Below, in pieces: positions 59,046 through 64,000 of a stretch of DNA of 64,000 nucleotides (within the stretch, counting starts at the first letter, position 1; every line of letters starts with the position of its first letter). Source of the DNA: an uncultured Prevotella sp. (lineage in GTDB: Bacteria; Bacteroidota; Bacteroidia; Bacteroidales; Bacteroidaceae). The position numbers and the translations under genes are program-made. The notes beneath the pieces were generated by a model. The model did no database searches. It worked only from the letters and a program-made list of their open reading frames with translations, and was not told where the DNA came from. The stretch covers positions 7,565 to 71,564 of the forward strand of contig CAJKDU010000007.1 in the NCBI GenBank assembly GCA_905198745.1, written 5' to 3'.

Positions 59046-59790
59046 TTAAGGAAGTTCGTAGAAGTCGGAAGTCATGGGGAAGTATTTGGCATATCCGTTT
59101 TCCTTCAGAAACTTCTTGAAGTTTCCATACTTGTTGTCTTTCCGTTTCTTTTCTATGAAGTCGTTTCTATTTCCGAATTTCATGACCTGGAGCACTTGGT
59201 CTATGGTTTGGTCTTTGTGCTTTAGTCCTTCTTGGTTGAAGTAGATGCGGAATACCATGGGCAGAAAATCCTTCTTGCACATCAGGATGTTTACTTGTGT
59301 GTTGAATTTGTAGTTGCAAGTAGGTGTCGTTTTGGCACTTGAAGGGCATATTTTCAGTTCTGATATGATAATGGTGTCCGCTCCTCCGCAAAGTCCAGAG
59401 TTGCTCAGCACCTTTCCTGTGTATTTCGCATGGGCGCTGTCGGCAAGAACTCGGGCTGTATAGCCGATATTCATATACTTCTTGCTTGTTGTATCGGTGG
59501 CCTGACATCCTAACCACATTGTCTCGATTAATGGATATACAAGCATATAGTTCTTATCTTCCGAGAGCGCAATGCCACCACCCGTGATGAAGGGATTGTG
59601 TGATTTCTCATTGTTCCATCTCTCTTGGTCGGGTACAGACATAACGTACATGTTTTTCGGTATACCCATTTCCAATCCGTACGTTTGTTTTGCATAAGCG
59701 CTAAGGGCTTTGTACTGGAAGTAGTCGTTGAACTGTGCATAAGTATGTAAAGAGATGCACAACAGAAGTAACAAAGATAATTTTTTTCAT
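59046..59790 (-). pseudogene. AT-rich secreted hypothetical protein with a one-base frameshift just after the ATG
   Basis: ATG at 59790 is followed by A7; A6 would give MKKLSLLLLLCISLHTYAQ in frame with ORF 59046-59774. Confidence 0.6.
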
Positions 59791-59826
59791 GCTTTTTCTA
59801 TTTGTGGTTTATGTTATAATGTTCAT

Positions 59827-59967
59827 TTAAAACGCTTCCGTTACGGTTAAGAACTTGGGATGGTTCCCCAATACATTACGCACGTCTTCTCTCTCTTGTT
59901 CACAACTTGACATGCTTATAGTAATGCCAAGAGCGATAAGATACATTTTAAATCTTTCTTTTCTCAT
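59827..59967 (-). pseudogene. short lipoprotein-like ORF, probably a truncated remnant
   Basis: MRKERFKMYLIALGITISMSSC lipoprotein signal followed by only about 24 residues. Confidence 0.4.
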
Positions 59968-60155
59968 AAAGATAACTTTTGTAATATATTTAACAATATA
60001 ATCCAATGATTCTTTACTAATTAGACGCAACCTCTCGAAAATGGGTACCCCCTAAGTGTTAAAAAAGAGCTAATGGGGAAAAATAGGTTAGGAAGATTTT
60101 GGGGCTTAAGTAAAAAAATGCCAACTTTGCAGCATTAATATATAAATGACAGAAC

Positions 60156-60350
60156 ATGCAAAAGGTTCAGAAGTATGAAGAAGCGATGAACGAGCTGGAA
60201 GACATCGTCCGCAAACTGGAAGCCGACGAACTCGACATCGATGAAATATCCGTCAAACTCAAACGCGCACAGCAGCTCATCAAACTGTGTACCGATAAAC
60301 TGACCAAGGCAGAGTCGGAAATTAAAAAGGTACTTGCAGACGATAAGTAG
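60156..60350 (+). CDS. xseB: exodeoxyribonuclease VII small subunit
   Basis: YEEAMNELEDIVRKLE...LIKLC...L pattern, 64 aa. Confidence 0.92.
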   Translation: MQKVQKYEEAMNELEDIVRKLEADELDIDEISVKLKRAQQLIKLCTDKLTKAESEIKKVLADDK

Positions 60351-60405
60351 GCGACAAAAAGAAAATAAATTGCTCGGATTTGTTGCAGATGTACAATAAT
60401 TTTGT

Positions 60406-60413
60406 TACTTTTG
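60406..60413 (+). promoter_or_regulatory. -7 promoter box (TACTTTTG) for ilvE
   Basis: TAnnTTTG about 37 nt upstream of the start. Confidence 0.6.
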
Positions 60414-60450
60414 CACGAAGTTAATAGACGTATTATAAAAGCATAGTGTT

Positions 60451-61473
60451 ATGAAAGATCTCGATTGGTCTAATCTGTCGTTTGGCTATATGCCCACCGA
60501 CTACAATGTACGCTGCTGTTATCGCAACGGAAAATGGGGCGAGATAGAAGTTTGCTCCGACGAATACATCAAATTGCACATGGCCGCTACTTGTCTGCAC
60601 TACGGGCAGGAAGCATTTGAAGGCCTCAAGGCTTATCGCTGCCCAGACGGCAAGGTGCGAGTCTTCCGTATGGACGAGAATGCAGCACGTCTGCAGAGCA
60701 CTTGCCGTGGCATACTGATGCCCGAAGTTCCTACAGAACTGTTTGAAGAGATGGTCAAGAAAGTGGTGCGTCTCAACCAAGAATATATTCCTACCTATGA
60801 GAGCGGAGCCACGCTCTACATCCGTCCTTTGCTCATCGGTACCAGCGCACAGGTGGGCGTACATCCTTCCAAGGAATACATGTTCCTCATCTTTGTCACT
60901 CCGGTAGGTCCTTATTTCAAGGGAGGATTCTCTACCAACCCATACGTGATTATTCGCGACTTTGACCGCTCTGCTCCGCTTGGAACAGGCATCTATAAGG
61001 TGGGTGGCAACTATGCCGCATCGCTTAAGGCCAACTCCATTGCGCACGAGAAGGGTTATGCCTGCGAGTTCTATCTTGACGCCAAGGAAAAGAAGTACAT
61101 GGACGAGTGTGGAGCTGCCAACTTCTTTGGTATCAAGGACAATACTTATGTCACTCCTAAGTCTACATCCATTCTGCCCAGCATCACCAACAAGAGTTTG
61201 ATGCAGTTGGCTGAAGACTATGGCATGAAGGTGGAACGCCGACAGATTCCTGAAGATGAACTCGACACCTTTGAGGAGGCTGGTGCCTGCGGTACGGCTG
61301 CCGTCATCAGTCCAATCTCTTATATCGACGACCTCGACACCGGCAAGCGTTACACCTTCAGCAAGGATGGCAAGCCAGGTCCTATCTCTACCAAACTCTA
61401 TCATCATCTTCGCGGTATCCAGTATGGAACAGAAGAAGACAAGCATGGATGGACAACCGTGGTCATAGAATAA
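60451..61473 (+). CDS. ilvE: branched-chain amino acid aminotransferase
   Basis: LHYGQEAFEGLKAY, LYIRP, KVGGNY, ILPSIT and GTAAVISP motifs. Confidence 0.96.
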   Translation: MKDLDWSNLSFGYMPTDYNVRCCYRNGKWGEIEVCSDEYIKLHMAATCLHYGQEAFEGLKAYRCPDGKVRVFRMDENAARLQSTCRGILMPEVPTELFEEMVKKVVRLNQEYIPTYESGATLYIRPLLIGTSAQVGVHPSKEYMFLIFVTPVGPYFKGGFSTNPYVIIRDFDRSAPLGTGIYKVGGNYAASLKANSIAHEKGYACEFYLDAKEKKYMDECGAANFFGIKDNTYVTPKSTSILPSITNKSLMQLAEDYGMKVERRQIPEDELDTFEEAGACGTAAVISPISYIDDLDTGKRYTFSKDGKPGPISTKLYHHLRGIQYGTEEDKHGWTTVVIE

Positions 61474-61488
61474 TAGCAAACTTGTGAA

Positions 61489-61544
61489 ACACATACTTAA
61501 AAAGCTCGGAACCCGAAAGGGAACCGAGCTTTTTAAGTATGTGT
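61489..61544. terminator. bidirectional terminator between ilvE and the nitroreductase gene
   Basis: Perfect 21-bp stem ACACATACTTAAAAAGCTCGG/CCGAGCTTTTTAAGTATGTGT. Confidence 0.8.
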
Positions 61545-61558
61545 GGATGATGGTATTC

Positions 61559-62230
61559 TTACTTGACAAATTCTATCTTGCTCTCGTCGCGTGTCTTCAT
61601 CTCCGGTGTCTCGTCGGGATAACCAACGGCGATGATGTAGCAAATCTCGTAGCCTTGCGGAAGGTTGAGCTTGGCAAGGTAAGGCTTGCATGCCTCGTTG
61701 TTCTGGAGGAAGGGAGCTGGACTTCCCAGACAGCAGGTGCCCAATCCTAACGACTTGGCGGCAAGCATGATGTTCTCGCCCAGGAGGCCGGCGTCCACCA
61801 TGCCGCTGTTCTTCGGCGTGGCCACGACGATGATGTTGGGTGCATTGCGATACATGTTCTTGAAGTTCGGGTCACGTTTCACCATTTCAGGGTTCGCCTT
61901 CTTGAATATCTCCGTGGTTCCCTTGATGAAATCCTGGCTTTCCACCACGCGCACGGCCCAAGGCTGTTTGTTCATCCCATTGGGTGCATGCACTCCGCAT
62001 TTGGCAATAAGGGCGAGCTTTTCGTGCTCCACGGGTGTGTCCTTGTATTTGCGAATGGACTGGCGGTTCATGATGGTCTGAATCACAGCGTTCTCCATTT
62101 GACAGCACGACTTTACCTCTTGCTTATCGCAGCATTTCTTCACATCCTTTTTCTGACAACAATCTTGTGCCCATGTCAGCGATGGCATCAGCATCATGCT
62201 CAACACCATCAAAGTATTCATCTTCTTCAT
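61559..62230 (-). CDS. nitroreductase family protein with signal peptide and Cys-Cys repeats
   Basis: RQSIRKY, APNGMNKQPW, ENIMLAAKSLGLGTC and VGYP motifs. Confidence 0.9.
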   Translation of the reverse strand: MKKMNTLMVLSMMLMPSLTWAQDCCQKKDVKKCCDKQEVKSCCQMENAVIQTIMNRQSIRKYKDTPVEHEKLALIAKCGVHAPNGMNKQPWAVRVVESQDFIKGTTEIFKKANPEMVKRDPNFKNMYRNAPNIIVVATPKNSGMVDAGLLGENIMLAAKSLGLGTCCLGSPAPFLQNNEACKPYLAKLNLPQGYEICYIIAVGYPDETPEMKTRDESKIEFVK

Positions 62231-62261
62231 GTCTTTTCTTTTTTGATTTTATCCATACTGT

Positions 62262-63023
62262 CTACTCTTCTCTGTGGATGACGGTACCGTTTGCCTGATG
62301 TGTGGCGAGCACCAGCACCTCGGCTATCTGTACGTGCTCAGGAGCACTGGCTGCATAGTAAGCCACGTCGGCAATGTCGTCACCATTGAGCGGCTTTATG
62401 CCACGATACACACGATCAGCACGTTCGTCGTCGCCATGGAAACGCACGTTGGAGAAGTGGGTCTCCACCAATCCTGGTTTCACATTGGTTACGCGCACCT
62501 TGGTGTGGGCCACGTCTATACGCAGTCCGTCTGTGATAGCCTTCACTGCCGACTTGGTGGCACAATACACATTGCCGCCAGCATAGGCCGCATCACCTGC
62601 CACACTGCCAATGTTGATGACGTGTCCGTGGTCGCGCTTCACCATGCCCGGCACAATGAGGCGTGTCATGGTGAGCAGTCCCTTGATGTTGGTGTCTATC
62701 ATTTGGTCCCAATCGTCAAAGTCTCCCTCATATTCGGGCTCCAAGCCTCGGGCCAATCCTGCATTGTTGATGAGCACGTCAATGTTCTTCCATTCTTTTG
62801 GCAATCCATTGATGGCTTGTTGGGCTGTTTGTCTGTCTCTTACGTCGAATGCCAGAGGTAGCACGCGTACGCCCTCTTTACCCAGTTCTGTTTTCAAGGA
62901 TTTGAGTTTCTCTTCGTTTCTTCCTGTCAGGATCAGATCATAACCGCCAATGGCAAATCTCCTGGCACAACCTTCTCCTATGCCGCTTGTGGCTCCTGTG
63001 ATGAGTGCAATTTTGTGTTTCAT
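62262..63023 (-). CDS. SDR family NAD(P)-dependent oxidoreductase (YdfG-like)
   Basis: TGATSGIG, NNAG, YCATK and PGLVETHFS motifs. Confidence 0.93.
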   Translation of the reverse strand: MKHKIALITGATSGIGEGCARRFAIGGYDLILTGRNEEKLKSLKTELGKEGVRVLPLAFDVRDRQTAQQAINGLPKEWKNIDVLINNAGLARGLEPEYEGDFDDWDQMIDTNIKGLLTMTRLIVPGMVKRDHGHVINIGSVAGDAAYAGGNVYCATKSAVKAITDGLRIDVAHTKVRVTNVKPGLVETHFSNVRFHGDDERADRVYRGIKPLNGDDIADVAYYAASAPEHVQIAEVLVLATHQANGTVIHREE

Positions 63024-63038
63024 TGTAATTATGTGTGA

Positions 63039-63998
63039 TTATAGTTTTGTCTTGATAACTGTTTCCAAGGCGCATCGAGCCATGGCTTGGTAGGCTTGTT
63101 CGCTGGGATGAAGGTGGTCGCCAGAGTCGTATCCCGGTGCGAACGCTCTTGGGTCTTCGCTGTCTCTCACGGTGAGGTCGAAGTCCGCGCATCCGTCGAA
63201 TAGGGGAGAGGTGCGCAGCCAGTCGTTAAACTGTTCTCTGAGCCGGTCACGCTTTTCGTTGTAAGTTCGCCAGCCGAGAATGGGCAACAGGGTGCCGCTC
63301 CACACTTTCAGTCCCAGTGACCTTGCGTGCTTTACGTATATCTTTTCCACACCTGTTTCCATATCTTCTAGTGTCGGCATGTCGCTCCACGGACGGAAAG
63401 GGTTTACTTCTATGCCCACAGGGTGTATGATGTCGTTGATGCCGTGTTGCAGAATCACGTCGGTGGCTCCACTTACATTCATCTCAATAGGAAACCTCGT
63501 ACTTCCTTTCAGTCCGTAGGCTTGATAAGTAATGCAATCATATTGCCGTAGGATTCGTGTCCCACTTACGGCACGGCGTATTATTGCTGTGTCCGTGATG
63601 CCCGCTTTTTCTGTTTGCAGTGTCAACCAGTCAGGCCAACTCTGTGCAGTGATGGAATCGCCGAAGCATACTACAGCATGGTTCTTCTCTTCGGTTAATA
63701 TATCGATCGTGTTGAGAAAATACACCCATTGCGTGTGCCTTGTCAAGTCCAGTGGCAGCGTGTCTGCACAGGCATAATCACCATAGCTATATTGGCCTTT
63801 CGAGAGTGGTCCGGTGACGAGCGTTCCTGCGTTCATCTGTGTGTACCCCTCCAGATAAAAACTCACCGTCACGGTGTCGCCCGCTTCTACCTCAAACTCC
63901 GTTTCATCGCTTTCCTTTTCCTTACCGGGGGCTAAGACCGTACTCGTTTTGTTGCCGAAACAGATAGGCGTATGACGGCGTGTTTTCCCCTCCAGGTT
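63039..63998 (-). CDS. SGNH/GDSL hydrolase (5' end lies beyond the window)
   Basis: FGDSIT, HGINDI and GDHLHP motifs; frame is open to the window edge. Confidence 0.88.
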   Translation of the reverse strand, partial: NLEGKTRRHTPICFGNKTSTVLAPGKEKESDETEFEVEAGDTVTVSFYLEGYTQMNAGTLVTGPLSKGQYSYGDYACADTLPLDLTRHTQWVYFLNTIDILTEEKNHAVVCFGDSITAQSWPDWLTLQTEKAGITDTAIIRRAVSGTRILRQYDCITYQAYGLKGSTRFPIEMNVSGATDVILQHGINDIIHPVGIEVNPFRPWSDMPTLEDMETGVEKIYVKHARSLGLKVWSGTLLPILGWRTYNEKRDRLREQFNDWLRTSPLFDGCADFDLTVRDSEDPRAFAPGYDSGDHLHPSEQAYQAMARCALETVIKTKL

Positions 63999-64000
63999 AT

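Overview
Chromosomal segment of a Bacteroidota organism, most likely Prevotellaceae. This rests on TAnnTTTG promoter boxes, a SusC/SusD pair and the T9SS genes porQ and porE. It holds about 60 mostly housekeeping genes (ispH, cmk, topB, thyA, folA, dxs, dnaG, queDE, purT, rfbB, xseB, ilvE) and one tRNA-Ser(GGA). I saw no CRISPR array, transposase, integrase or prophage gene. The main unexplained signal is non-coding: a family of degenerate, modular intergenic elements of about 300 bp at five loci (four near-full copies, two partial). Each is built from a 22-bp-periodic array of 17-bp imperfect palindromes, a ~40-bp GC-rich hairpin, GTGATAGAT inverted repeats and a terminal GCGCGCGT tract. Two copies form a ~590-bp inverted pair. 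Other highlights: a TrcP-like deaminase/pseudouridine-synthase fusion; an ECF sigma factor with a dual-membrane-spanning-type anti-sigma factor, whose putative promoter motif recurs upstream of a serpin lipoprotein; an rfbB-fdtA-GNAT-aminotransferase amino-sugar pathway; a structured 84-bp repeat unit upstream of a MATE operon; and an AT-rich islet whose secreted-protein gene is frameshifted in an A7 run. All family assignments come from motifs recognised by eye, not from database searches.
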